63,778 nucleotides of DNA, filler included, from Reclinomonas americana ATCC 50394 (GCA_048213135.1; 4 parts of 4 records of this genome joined end to end with filler, not necessarily neighbours in it); one strand, 5' to 3'. Shown: positions 24,504 through 37,630, numbered from the whole stretch's first letter. Numbers and translations: made by a program. Notes: generated by a model from the letters alone, not told the origin.

Positions 24504-26472
24504 TCACTCGCGCGGCAGCTTGGTCAGCTCCTCGCAGTAGGCGGCCAGCAGCTTGATGCCCTGGATGTAGTTCTCGCGGTCAAACTTTTCGTTCTGGCCA
24601 TGAGCTGCGCGACGACAGAGGAGGGGAACGGATTTGAGCCTTGTTCTCTGACAGCGACACGCAAGTGCACAAGGGAGGACGCACCGCCGTCGTCGCTGCG
24701 GCCGAGCGGAAGCATCAGCACCGTCTTGCCGGTGGCCTCTGTGAAGGTGAGCGTGATTGGGATCGAGCCGCCCTCGCGAGTGAAATCGGGCGTCACGCCC
24801 CACACCAACTCGGTGGCCTTGCGACCAGCCACTGTACGCACACTGTTAGGAGGGATGGATGAATCACGCCGCGAGGGGAAGGCATGCACGCAACCGTCTG
24901 TGCACGAGGAGCGAGGTGAGAAGCGAAAAACAAGATATCAATGCATATATAGCATGCATTCGGACGAAACAGTTCGGGTGGTCGGGGTTGGCCAGCCACG
25001 GCTTGCCCGGGTGCTCGCACCACAGACGCATCTCGTTCGGTGAGCCGAGTCCCGCAAACACGCGCTCAACGTGGCGGCGAGTGACCTCAATGGCCTGATC
25101 CGGCGTCATGTCCGGCACGAGGCTGTATGCGCGACGGACACTTCAGCTCGACAAGAAATGCAATGCAAGACCACTCCGCCCACCACCACCTACCGGATGG
25201 AGAACTTGCCGACAACGCGTCCCGGAATCACCGTCTTGCCGCCGACACCGTAAAAGGCGCCCTCCACGCCGTGGATGGAGAGCGAGGGGTAGCGCCAGCG
25301 TTGCATCAGCGTGCGGATCTTGTCCTCCCTGCCCACTCTCCCCAATCAGCAACACAACAGCGACAAATGACAAGAGAAGGCGACAGAACTTGTGAATGAC
25401 ATGCGCGCCACCGGCGTCGCTCGAGAACTCGGTGAGCGAAAAGTCAATAGGCTCGTACAGAGCGCGCTCCTCGTCGGTGACGGGGCGCACCAGGTCAGAG
25501 ATGCCCTCGATCTGGATGTTGCCACGCGGGTCCACCAGCGAGCTGAAAATGTGCACGAGATCGGTCATCGGCTCGTGCACGGTGCCGCCAAAGAGACCAC
25601 TGTGCAGATCCTTGCGCGGACCCACAATCTCCACAAAGAAGTAAGTCAGCCCACGCAGGCCTGTGCATGCAGGAGAGTCGTGTGGTGAGCCACCGTGCGC
25701 CTGGAGGAAAGGCCACACAACCTCCACCTACTCCACCCCACTCACCGTACGTCAGGCACGGCTTGCTCTTGCTCAGCCAGTAGTTGTCGCTGATGCACAC
25801 GAAGTCGGTGCCGGCCATGAACTCGCGACCCCGCGGTCCGAGCACAAACTCCTCCAGACCAAGGCTGCCGCTCTCCTCCATGCCCTCGGAGATGAGCTGC
25901 GGGAGAGTTGAGCAACAGAGGGAGAAGGGAGGACGATCAGGAAAGAAGCATAACCTTGATGTTGACGGGCAGTTCCCGTCCCAGTGCCTGATACGCCTCC
26001 ACAACCCACAGCTGATTGGTATGGTCCGCGGTGAGAGTCGCAGAAACAACAACAACATACACGTCAACACAAACGAACCCACGCGAGGCCAGGGCCCTGC
26101 ATCGCACACCAAAGCACATGAGAAAAACACGTGCAACATACATTTTCCGGTGCAAGCAAACAGCACCTTGTCATCAGTGGTGCCACGGCCCCACAGCTTG
26201 CCGTCCAACTCAGTCATGGTGAACCTGTGCACAACCAGCACAGCACATGAGAGACACGCGACACGACACGCACAGAGGCCGCTGCATGCACTCACGGAGG
26301 CTGCATTGTGAGAGTGAGTGATCGTGAGACAACAAGGAAGGAAAATGTCGACTGATGCAACGCACCGTGTTCCAGCCATCGTCCAAGCGCGCCGGCTGCA
26401 CATCATAGTGGAAGTAGATGAGCAGTGTCGGCTTGGAGGCGTCACTGCCAAACTGCGCCAGAAGGATCTGCA

Positions 26473-26511
<39 letters not shown>

Positions 26512-26920
26512 GACAAGAGAGAGTGATAACAGACAACAGAAGGAACGCAACAGGCGGCAGCTGCATGCTGGTGCCCTCCTGTGTGGCAGTAGCAGCAGCA
26601 GCAACAGTGTGAGTGAGCGTGTGAGTGAGAATGTAAGAGAGCATTCATGCGAGTTTTTTTCACCTGTGCGCCGAGCTCACACAGCTCTGCCGTGCCTCCC
26701 AGGCGACGCACCCACTCAACAAGCCACTCGGCCTGACGCACGCAGTCGCCTGTGCATGCACAGTGAGCGAGAAGTGCAAGAAAGAGAGACTGTGTGTAAG
26801 AGAGAGAAAGTAACTGCGATGCGCGGGGTCCGAGCTCACACTGGGAATGGCCACAGCCTCACCCAAGCGCGCCACGTACTCGTCGGCATGTGCATCCACA
26901 AACGCAAAGAACTCCTCCAT
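24504..26920 (-). CDS. CNDP2: Cytosolic non-specific dipeptidase (M20A; CNDP2/Dug1 family)
   Basis: [88 protein letters not shown]. Includes 3-, 5-, 18- and 27-nt exons. Confidence 0.96.
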
Positions 26921-26990
26921 CTCCACTCGTCACAGTCACAACAACAATGAAAACTCCGACGGAGGGACACACTATTCTTCGTTCAGCTGC

Positions 26991-28482
26991 ATGCTGAGCT
27001 GCGGCTGTGGTGCGCTTCTCCTCTGTTCCCCCCTCCTCTCTGTTGCCTCCGCCTTATCATCTCCGTGCAGGCCGCGAGGGCGAGCTGGGTGCCGGCCACG
27101 TGCTGGAGAGCGATGTTCCCATTCGCGTCGAGTGTGCTGCGTTTGCTGCAGTTCCGTCCACTGTGCCTCCTTCTCTCTCTCCTCTCACCATGTGCGCGCC
27201 CGCTCACTGTGTCGTCGCAGGAGAGTGGCGATGCAGGTGTGCATCACTGGCGTGTTTCATCGTTGTGCGTGTTGGCACTGAACTCCTTCCTGTGATGATG
27301 CAGCTGGTGTGGGCCTCGTGACGGTGGCGAGTGTGGAGCCTGTGGAGCGTGTGGTTCGCGTGTCGGCTGGCGAGCATCATGCGCTGGCTGTCACTGGTGA
27401 TTTCTCGCTCGATCATTGCAGTCTCCTTTGTGCACCACTGACGATCCATGCTGGTGGGTGCAGACGCGGGTCGGTTGTACAGTTGGGGATGTGGGTCGCG
27501 CTGGTGTCTTGGGCGTGAGAGCACCGCCGATGCCAACACGCCGCAGGTGGTGAGCTTTCCGGACCTGGAGGATGGACGGGCGCGACGAGTGATTGCTGCG
27601 GCGGCTGGATCGCAGTGCAGTGCGGCGGTCACCAGTTGCGTGCAGTGTGCATGCTGATTGACCGCTTCTCGTTTCCCGGGACTCACCCGCTGTGCAGACG
27701 ACGGGATCTTGTGGACGTGGGGCTTTTCTCGAGAGGGTCAACTGGGTCACTCGGACTTTCGGCATCGAGCGCTGCCGACGGTGGTGGAGGCGCTGCGACG
27801 CAAGGCGATTGTCGATGTGAGCTGCGGCGACTCGCACCTGGTCGCTCTCTCAGGTATCCTATGCCATTCAGGGGAGAAGAGAGAGGGAGAGAGTTTGTTT
27901 ACGCATCGCTTCGCGGCAGAGGCTGGCGATCTGTTTGCGTGCGGCTGGAATGACTACGGCCGCCTCGGTCTCGGAGACAAGCAGCTGCGCTCCATTCCAC
28001 AGCAACTACGGCGCTTCACGCCAGACGGCTGCAATATTGTGCAGGTGGCCTGTGGCTGGCGCCACACACTGACTCTCTCCGGTGAGCACATTCACACTCA
28101 CACGAGTCTGTCCAATCACCCTCGCGCTCCTGCTCTCAAAGTGTGTACGCTTGCCAGACTCGGGAGTAATATGGTCCTTCGGCTCCAACGCCTACGGACA
28201 GCTGGGCGTCGGCGATACCAAGGATCGTCTGGTCGCCGCGCAGATCACCTTGGCCGAGACTATCGACTCGGCCGCTGGCTCCATGACGCCGGTGTTTACA
28301 CGCATCGCTGCTGGACAGCGCTTCAGTGCGGCCGTGTCCGGTGTGCCTCTCTGTGATCGCCCCTTGCGTGTGTCTGTTCTTCAAGGATGTTCTGACACTT
28401 GTGATAAAAGACGACGGTCGTGCCTGGTGTTGGGGCAGCTCGGCGCGTGGACAACTGGGACTCGGTGACGGTCAGCCGCCAG
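26991..28482 (+). CDS. RCC1-repeat (BLIP-II/RCC1 beta-propeller) protein, 3' truncated
   Basis: Repeats such as VSAGEHHALAVT-DAGRLYSWG, VSCGDSHLVALS-EAGDLFACGWNDYGRLGLG, VACGWRHTLTLS-DSGVIWSFGSNAYGQLGVG. Confidence 0.9.
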
Positions 28483-28526
28483 NNNNNNNNNNNNNNNNNN
28501 NNNNNNNNNNNNNNNNNNNNNNNNNN

Positions 28527-28538
28527 TTAATTAATTAA
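28527..28538. other. Artificial scaffold linker (TTAATTAATTAA within N padding)
   Basis: Palindromic six-frame stop 12-mer flanked by short N runs. Identical copies at 43440-43451 and 62153-62164. Confidence 0.9.
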
Positions 28539-28582
28539 NNNNNNNNNNNNNNNNNNNNNNNNNNNNNNNNNNNNNNNNNNNN

Positions 28583-31500
28583 GGCACTTGCCCGCCTGCC
28601 GCTTGCAGTGATATGGCGCTACATGTGTGCAGCACACAAGCTGTCACAAATAAACCGGGCGACACGCGAGAAGCGCAGACGAAGGTGCACACTACGCAAC
28701 GACTGTGCCAGGTACGACTGATAGTTCTGAACTGCGCCTGCAGCGTCGGCTGCCGACGACTGCTGCGCCTGTTCATTGGCCTGCTGCAGGAACTGGCCGA
28801 GGTACGCCAATAGCAGCGAGACGCCGAAGAAGAGCACGTATTGCATCACCATGCCAACCACCAGAATGATCAGCAAGCGGATTGGGTAGAAGAAGCCGTG
28901 TTGCTCATATCGCAGCTCGTGGTTGGTTGGCGGTGTGTAGAACACTGCGACAAGCACAACTCAGGACCTGCTCGACTGACTGCGCTGGCTGGTGTTGTTG
29001 TACGCAACAGTCGCGAATGAAATGAATCACGGCCAGCGAGCACCGTGCACAGCATCCNNNNNNNNNNNNNNNNNNNNNNNNNNNNNNNNNNNNNNNNNNN
29101 NNNNNNNNNNNNNNNNNNNNNNNNNNNNNNNNNNNNNNNNNNNNNNNNNNNNNNNNNNNNNNNNNNNNNNNNNNNNNNNNNNNNNNNNNNNNNNNNNNNN
29201 NNNNNNNNNNNNNNNNNNNNNNNNNNNNNNNNNNNNNNNNNNNNNNNNNNNNNNNNNNNNNNNNNNNNNNNNNNNNNNNNNNNNNNNNNNNNNNNNNNNN
29301 NNNNNNNNNNNNNNNNNNNNNNNNNNNNNNNNNNNNNNNNNNNNNNNNNNNNNNNNNNNNNNNNNNNNNNNNNNNNNNNNNNNNNNNNNNNNNNNNNNNN
29401 NNNNNNNNNNNNNNNNNNNNNNNNNNNNNNNNNNNNNNNNNNNNNNNNNNNNNNNNNNNNNNNNNNNNNNNNNNNNNNNNNNNNNNNNNNNNNNNNNNNN
29501 NNNNNNNNNNNNNNNNNNNNNNNNNNNNNNNNNNNNNNNNNNNNNNNNNNNNNNNNNNNNNNNNNNNNNNNNNNNNNNNNNNNNNNNNNNNNNNNNNNNN
29601 NNNNNNNNNNNNNNNNNNNNNNNNNNNNNNNNNNNNNNNNNNNNNNNNNNNNNNNNNNNNNNNNNNNNNNNNNNNNNNNNNNNNNNNNNNNNNNNNNNNN
29701 NNNNNNNNNNNNNNNNNNNNNNNNNNNNNNNNNNNNNNNNNNNNNNNNNNNNNNNNNNNNNNNNNNNNNNNNNNNNNNNNNNNNNNNNNNNNNNNNNNNN
29801 NNNNNNNNNNNNNNNNNNNNNNNNNNNNNNNNNNNNNNNNNNNNNNNNNNNNNNNNNNNNNNNNNNNNNNNNNNNNNNNNNNNNNNNNNNNNNNNNNNNN
29901 NNNNNNNNNNNNNNNNNNNNNNNNNNNNNNNNNNNNNNNNNNNNNNNNNNNNNNNNNNNNNNNNNNNNNNNNNNNNNNACGACGCCTCTTGGCAGTTGGC
30001 AACTGGTAATCAAATGTCAGCATGGAGAAGAAAGCGTATGCAGGCGACTTGCAGTCTACGAGGAGACCTTGTGAAACCATGCTGGCTGCCCGGCACGAGC
30101 GTCCTGCTCAACCTCGTTGGTCAGCAGCCGCCTTACCAACAGGCGCTGTTCGTCGGATCGCACCCTTGTGAACTGTGTGTGATCACGTAGACATCTGTCA
30201 GAAAAGATGGAAAGGCAGAAGGGATATGCGAAGGGAGAGAGCACGCAACATCCAGCTGCTTCGTGCGCGCTTTGTTCACAAACAAAAAGTATACTTGCTG
30301 AAGAACGGCGCCCAGTGTCAAGAGCGCCACGAAGCTGTGTAGTGCCAGAGACAGAGACAGAGCGAGTAAGCATGACTAATCAGTTGTGTGAAGAAGCAAA
30401 GCAACGAGGAGAACTACGACGCAACGTGACGAGAACGAAAAATGAGCCTGTGGTGAGTGAACAACAGGCAAAGTTAGTGAAGAGCATTATCTGTGACCGA
30501 CCGCACAATGGCAACTCTGTTCGCACCCTGATACTTGTCGGGCGACGAGTATAACTGAGGAATAATTCACACTTTGATGAACACGCAAGCACAAGTTTGT
30601 CGGCACATCACGGTCGCCTTACCAAGTGATCGTAGTTTGCCCAGCGTGCGAGCAGCCACAGGAGGTTGGCCAGGAAGCCGAGGCAGCCAAGCAGACCTGC
30701 ACGAATAGTGCAACTATTGGCACTGCGTTCTACGCACACAGGCGACGAAATGCACTCTCACCAATGAAAATGAAGGCAGGGAGAATCCACGCTGCACAAC
30801 AGTGTTATCAATCAGACTAGTCGAGGTCAAAGTGACTACGACTGCTGAGAATCCACTCACCAGTGACCGACATGAAGATCGGGAGACTTGCCAGCGCCAC
30901 AATGTACAGGCCATTCTGGCAAGCAGAGCAACTTTAGCCAAATACACCTCTGCAACAGGAGAAAAGCAGGCGGCACTGACCTCCCACGTGTCCAGCGATT
31001 CGGTATTAATTTGCGACGGGTTGTCGAACTCTATGCCTTCCGACGCCTCCGAAGCGACACCATTGCAAACTGCGATGAGCTGCACCGGTCCAGTGGGGCC
31101 AGACAGAATGCTGACGCCTTCAAAGTTCGCGACGCCGTTGTCGTTGGTAGGCCACACCGTGTACCCAGAATATGGATACGGCTGTGAAAGGAAAAGATGA
31201 GTGAGGCAACAAGAGCAATCCACCGATTCCCACCACTCGCACGCACCACATTGACAACGTGACTAGAGGTCGCCGGAATGAGACTGCAAAATGTCTGTGG
31301 CAGCGCTCCGCCTGCAAGGTTTTGCATAAGAAACGAATCGTCACACAGACTCTCTCATACGACACAAGCTCACCAGTGGGGGACAGCGCAACAGCGGCGA
31401 CCGTGAATTTCTCGCCGAGGCTGATATTTTTCGGCACCTCGGTCACTCGCGCGCTACCGACGGGATTCGTGAGGGTGAAAGTCGGTAGCTGGTACTGACT

Positions 31501-34134
31501 GTTGACACCGTAGGACGCCACGATATAGTAGGAGCCTGGACGACATGTGAGGTGGACAGATGAGGATGATAGGCGCCATTGCAAGGCAAACCTGGTGCTC
31601 CCCACTGAAACACCACGCCGTCGGTGCATGCATTACCGAGGGGTCCGGTGACAAGCACGCCATTGTTGCCGCTGAAGCCGGGGCTTGTCGGAAGCACAGT
31701 GACCGGCATGTTGGCAACCACATTCAACGCGATCGAAGCACCGCTGACAGGAGATCCGGTTCGCAGCAGCGCTTTCACGCACACTGGCAACGCGGATGGT
31801 ACACCGACTTCCACGGTCGACGGCATCGACGTGACGGTGAGTTGGTCAGGGAACACCGTCACCACGAGTATGTCAGTCAGTGCGCTGCGACGAGTGAGTA
31901 CGAGAGAAACGCTGCGTGAATGCGCGAAATCCTCGCTCACACACACCTCGTGATGCCCAGAGCACTGAACTGCAGGCGATACTGGCCAGGAGGTGCAACA
32001 ATGCCCAGAGTCGAGAATGTCGCCACGCCATTGCTACGGCAGCGAGTGAGCAAGCAAAGTTGAGACTCGACAGCGTTGTTGACTAAAATCAACATATACC
32101 TGTTGGACTGGACTGTGGGATTGATAAGGGAGGCCACAGACGCCGTTCCGCTGGCGGCCAGCACAGAAGCAGTGACCGTCAGCGGCTGATACGGCGCCTG
32201 CCAACCCTGAAACTGTGTGCGCAACAGAATGAGCACAAGAAAACATGGACGACTGTTGAGATAACTCTCGCAGACGCAACGGATATCCGCACGGTTGGTT
32301 GGTAGGAGGGTGGGAACTGCTGGCCGCTGCTGCACACTGGTGGTACACTCCACTGTACATTGAGAGCGACAATCGGGTTCACTTGCAGCACAACGTTCGA
32401 TTGCGGACTGCGAGCGGCTGTGAGTCACCAGACGACAAAGAGAGTGCGGGTGCGATAACTTGCGAGTACCTCCACATCTGCGGCTCGGCAAACGGCAGAA
32501 CAAACGACATGGTGTGATTGCCAGTGGGACCGCCCTGATAACGTTGCGTGAGCGATGCGCATCGTTCCGAGCACCAAGAACACAGAGGCGAACTCACGGG
32601 AAACACAAAGTTTGTCAAGGTGGCCGTGCCGGAGACATCGGTGATGGTGTACTGCGTCGACACTACACCGGGGGCGTAGGACACAAACACACTGTCGTAC
32701 GCGAGTGAGGAACACTCGACCTTCTCCAGCAATTGTTGCTGTCGTACGTGTGTACGCAACGGAATGTGGTTCACAATGTTGCCGCCTTGCGTCGGTTGCA
32801 GAATGGCCGCCGGCGATTGTGCGAGCACCTGTGATACGTACGGGCTGCTCGGCGACACCAGTGGCTGTTGCGCGAACGCAATCGACGACACTGTTCACGG
32901 AGGGAATGAGAGAGAGAAAAGTGAGAGAAACGAGAGCACAATGAGTCACCTGGATTCGGGCAAGCCCCCATCATCATCAGTCCGCCGGGTCGTCCACCCG
33001 AAATGGGTACGAGTGGCAGACGCTGCGCAGCACGAGTGGATGAGTGACAAGAGATGTAGCAGATGAAATGAGCACACACAAACCTGATAGACTCCGCTCC
33101 TGACTCCTAGTTGCAGCGTGGCACAACCTGTAGTACGTGACAGTCAACAACAGTGGCAACATGTATAATTAATTAGACAAGTGTTGTGGAGACACTTGCC
33201 GTTGGCGTCTGTCGGTAGCGGCGCCGTAATGACCCTGTCAAAGGCCAATTGCAATGTCTGCTGACTGATGAGTGGTTGAATTTGCGTCTCGCCAAAGAGG
33301 AGCGCCAGGCCAAAGATGCCGGCCTGCGATGGATGTTGGTGGCGACAGATGCAGAAGAAAGACGGACGATGCGCGCACTGCTGACCTGATTGCCGACAAA
33401 GATGTAGTCGAGCCATGTTGGAGGCATCAGATTGGCATTGGGCATGGACGGTAGGTACACGCCAAGATAGAGCGAGCGTCCGCTCAGCGGCCCATTCTCA
33501 TTGGAGATGCACACGGTCGGCTGCTGCTGCAAGTACACACCGGCCTGACCGCATATGGGTGTCTGCTGGACGACAAACTCCGTCGCTGTAAAACAGAAAC
33601 ACAGATGTGAGGAGCTGTGCCGATGTAGTTGACATGGTGGCGTGCATCAGAGCACAAACCGAGATCCGTGGTGGAAAACAGTGGCATGGTGGTAAGATCG
33701 GCACCACACTGCAGAGCACTGCGACCAATCCACAGGCCCATTGTATTCGAGTATGCTGCACACATGACGCAAACGGTGGTGAGGGAGAAGGGAGGAGAGA
33801 AAGGAAGAGAGGAGGGGGGGGGGGGGGGGGGCACTCACAGCGCACGACACGCAGGTTCGCAAAGGACACGATGCCATCGGGGCCCGTCACTGGCATCTTC
33901 GAGAGCAGCTGCGGATCATCCCATCGCACATCTGCACGCAGCGGAAGTTACGTCGCAAATTCGCATATGGCGCGGATGACGCCCACAAGCACACATGCTC
34001 ACCGAATTCGACGCCGGCGGTGATATTCAAGGCGTCCCACGTGAACGGGAAAGGGGACTCTCCGGGAACAGCACGGAGTTGTTGATCCAGTGCCTGTGTG
34101 GAAAGCCATGAGGGAGGGAGGGAGAGAGAGAGGA

Positions 34135-34195
<61 letters not shown>

Positions 34196-37100
34196 TAGAG
34201 TAGACGAAGACNNNNNNNNNNNNNNNNNNNNNNNNNNNNNNNNNNNNNNNNNNNNNNNNNNNNNNNNNNNNNNNNNNNNNNNNNNNNNNNNNNNNNNNNN
34301 NNNNNNNNNNNNNNNNNNNNNNNNNNNNNNNNNNNNNNNNNNNNNNNNNNNNNNNNNNNNNNNNNNNNNNNNNNNNNNNNNNNNNNNNNNNNNNNNNNNN
34401 NNNNNNNNNNNNNNNNNNNNNNNNNNNNNNNNNNNNNNNNNNNNNNNNNNNNNNNNNNNNNNNNNNNNNNNNNNNNNNNNGAGAGAGAGAGAGAGAGAGA
34501 TGCATGATGCAAGCAGGCAGTCACCTGGTATCGAATCGGCTCGGGCCACGTCTGATTGTAGGCCACAACCGCTGGTGGAGCATTCAACGGTACCAGTATG
34601 TTGCATTGTGTGAATGTGGTGTTGTTGATGATTTGGAAGGGAGCACTGAAGCGCTGGACGCCGTCCACAGAGAAGATGACTTGATACTGTGTGAGGTGTG
34701 TGAATAACAACACGCATACAATCTCAGTGATGCGGGGGAGTGAGAGAAAAACAGACCACGCCAGTCAAAGCTGCTGCGATTTGCACATTAACAGGAAGCT
34801 CTCCCGTCATACTGCAACACTAGCACAGTCAGCAATTATCCGACACACACACAAAAAGCCAGTGAGCGCGAATGATACCTAGATCGACTTTCCCACGGTC
34901 GCTGTGCTCGCAACACAGCCGACGAGTTGGGGAACGGGGAGGAGTCAACGCGCTGCAACGCTAAAAACGCGCTTTTGCCACCAACACCTGCGAGTAGTTG
35001 AATGATTCGTCGGCGACTAGCGTACGCATACACACACAGCGAGAAGGAGAGAGAGAGAGAGAGAGAGAGAGAGCGATACTGACCCTGGGCATTGCTGGTC
35101 ACTCGGAGAATGGAGAGAAAAGTCGCATCGCTCATGGTCGTCGTGTTGAACGCGACCACACTCGGTGCGTCCACCAGCACTTGCACATCGGTAATCGATG
35201 TGGTGACGTTGATCAGTTGCGACGGCAGCGTGCCCTTGCCCTCGCAAAAGAACGACAGCCGGAATGTACCAGCATCGCCGTAGGCGGTGAAAGCGAGACC
35301 AGAGAACGTGGCCCTGCAGCGCGGTGAGGACGACTTGCGATGTGGACGCCACGACAACACGCCCGCACACATACCGTCCATTCTGGTCGGTGACTGCGGT
35401 GAAGTTCCGCAAGCCCTTGTCACTGCTGTAGTATGGCACGGGTAACAACTGAAAGTAGTCGATGCTGTGCGACAGAGAAGAAGCAGTTGAGTTAAACAAA
35501 AAAGAAACGAGAAGGAGGAGGACAGCTTGTGTACCCCTCTGCGAGTGGAAACGAGATGCGAGTGAGACACGGTTCATGAAGGCGCGCGAGAGGATGTGCA
35601 CGCAACGAGATGACGATATCAGAGCAAACACTTTCTTGCCGGGCATGGGATTCTGCTGCGCATCCTGCACCAGAACAATGGGCTGAACAGCCAGTGGCAC
35701 ACCCTCCACCGCAGACGGCGACGGCTGTTGGAACAGAATGACCGAGCCCACTGCAGCAGGACACAGCGATGAATGCACTGGGGCCATACACATACGCACA
35801 GCAGAGATGCTCAGGTCCACCAGCGGTAGTCATGGCCATCGGCTCCGAGTTGTTGATCAGCCAGTCGGAATCCGCGTTCTCCGACACTGCCAAATCAGTC
35901 ACATAAGAGAGAAATGGAAAAGGAAGCGAGCCACGGGTGCGGCCGTACCGATGCGCAAGTAGTTGATGGGACTCGAGCTGGCGGCGAGTGTGACATTGTT
36001 GAATGTGACCATGCCGTGCGCGTCCGATGGTCCACCGCGCGAGTTGATAATGTCAGCTGTGCTGCACGTGAGTCTCCCTTCTCCTTTACATGTCACGGCG
36101 ATGGATTACGCAACTGACTACAACTCCAGGGATGCCCATTTGCTGCGACGGCAGCAATGTTCAGACGACTGCGTCTAAGAAAATCTAATTTTTTTGAAGC
36201 ACGCTACCTGTGGTTTGGCAGAGGCCACGACAAAGGCGTAAGCGCCGGCCACCGGGTTGCCACTGGCATCGAGCAACTGCACCACCGGCTGGTTGGTGAA
36301 CGGCGTGCCGAAAGGAATGAAATTGGCTCCGGGACCGCCGCTCGTCAGCACGATTTGTTGCACTGCGGTGGGAGTTTGTGAGCGGTGACTTGCGAGATGA
36401 CAACATCAGCGCTCCTCACCTGTGGGCGTCACCAGCACTGGACTTGGCGGTAGCTCTACCGAGCCGCCGCCAAAGTTGATGCCATACGTCGTGCCAATCG
36501 CAGCATTGATGTACCAGCCGCACCCGCTGGACTCGAAGCGCAGGTCCACAAATCCCGCGTCTCCATTCTGCACGCAACGCAATCGCAATCAATATGACAG
36601 CGCAGGTAGGGCGGTGTGTGAGAAGTCATGAATGTGCGCTCACCAAACCCGTGACTGCGGTGGTGTTGCCGACCAGGCGAGGGATCGCACACTCAATGTA
36701 ATTGTAGGCCTCGAATCTGCATCGTGGGTGCGCGTTGGTGCCATGATCTCTCACCCGACGAGACACACGCACGCGCACACGGGGAAGGGTACGCAACGAG
36801 TACCGCTCGAGTGCGTCATTCTGACCATACACCTGCGCATACGCCGTCACTGTCGTGCCGGCGACGCGATTCGTGTCGGTGCCGACGGCTAGAACCTGTG
36901 CGCCGCTCAGGTGAGCGAGAGAAGGAAAGGGAGGAGAGAGAATGACGCGCGCAGTGGGAGTGCTTGACGCACCGTCGGCTGCTGCTGCAGGTTCACATTG
37001 TAGTACGCCGTCCGCGAGGGAGTCTGCATCGTGTACACCACCGCCACCTTGGCGGCGGCCAGCGGTTGCCGATTGGGATCCACGTACACCGAGTGCAGGG

Positions 37101-37630
37101 CAATGAACAGCAGGGAGGTGATGACGGTGGAGAAGATGAGCACGGAGGCTGCTCGGGTTCGAGCGCGGTCGTACACAGCGTCGAGAAAGACCTTTTTTCG
37201 CATCATTTCGTCATCATCATCAATGCGTGCGTGATATCGGAGACACACACAAACACACACGCACCGGCAAGTGAATGCCCGAGTACGTGCCCGTGCGCGC
37301 ATCGTACCGTGCTCCGTAGCACTTCCACGAACGGCGGCGCGGTCGGATGCAGCGGTCAATGGCGGCGGAGAGGCCGGCGCATCGTCTCTCGTCTTGCGAC
37401 TCCACGCCCTTCTCGCCCTGGCGGATGGCGCGTACGTGCGCCGACGGCAGTCGTACCATGGTGTGCGTGAGACCACTGGTCATCGATTGCCTGCCGTCAT
37501 CGTCGTCGTCGCCACGGTCGTCGTCGGCAGTCTCCACGAAGCGCGTGTAGGGAGCGGTGTCTCTCGTGTGTGGAGCGGCGGCAGTGGGTGCTGCAGAGTC
37601 CCCGGGGGGGACAAGCAGTGGAGAGCGCAT
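28583..37630 (-). CDS. Large membrane protein: N-terminal TM, several bacterial-type Ig-like repeats, C-terminal multipass TM region (weakly STRA6-like); ~30+ exons, 3' truncated
   Basis: Continuous spliced frame with recurring modules QP(V/T)V..(L/Q)D..GNP..G and T(D/N).NG.A.F..L. N-terminal helix SVLIFSTVITSLLFIAL; several hydrophobic helices from ~30900 downward; RLLVRRLL and GFFYPIRLL motifs. Confidence 0.75.
34108..34200. repeat. (AG)n microsatellite in an intron, next to an assembly gap
   Basis: Directly visible. Similar AG/CT and CA/GT runs occur at ~26474, ~35045, ~43925 and ~47808. Confidence 0.95.

Noticed and set aside
30002-30067. Protein-like frame GLLVDCKSPAYAFFSMLTFDYQ
   Set aside because: Better explained as a 66-nt phase-0 intron joining ...WFHK to LPTAKRRR.
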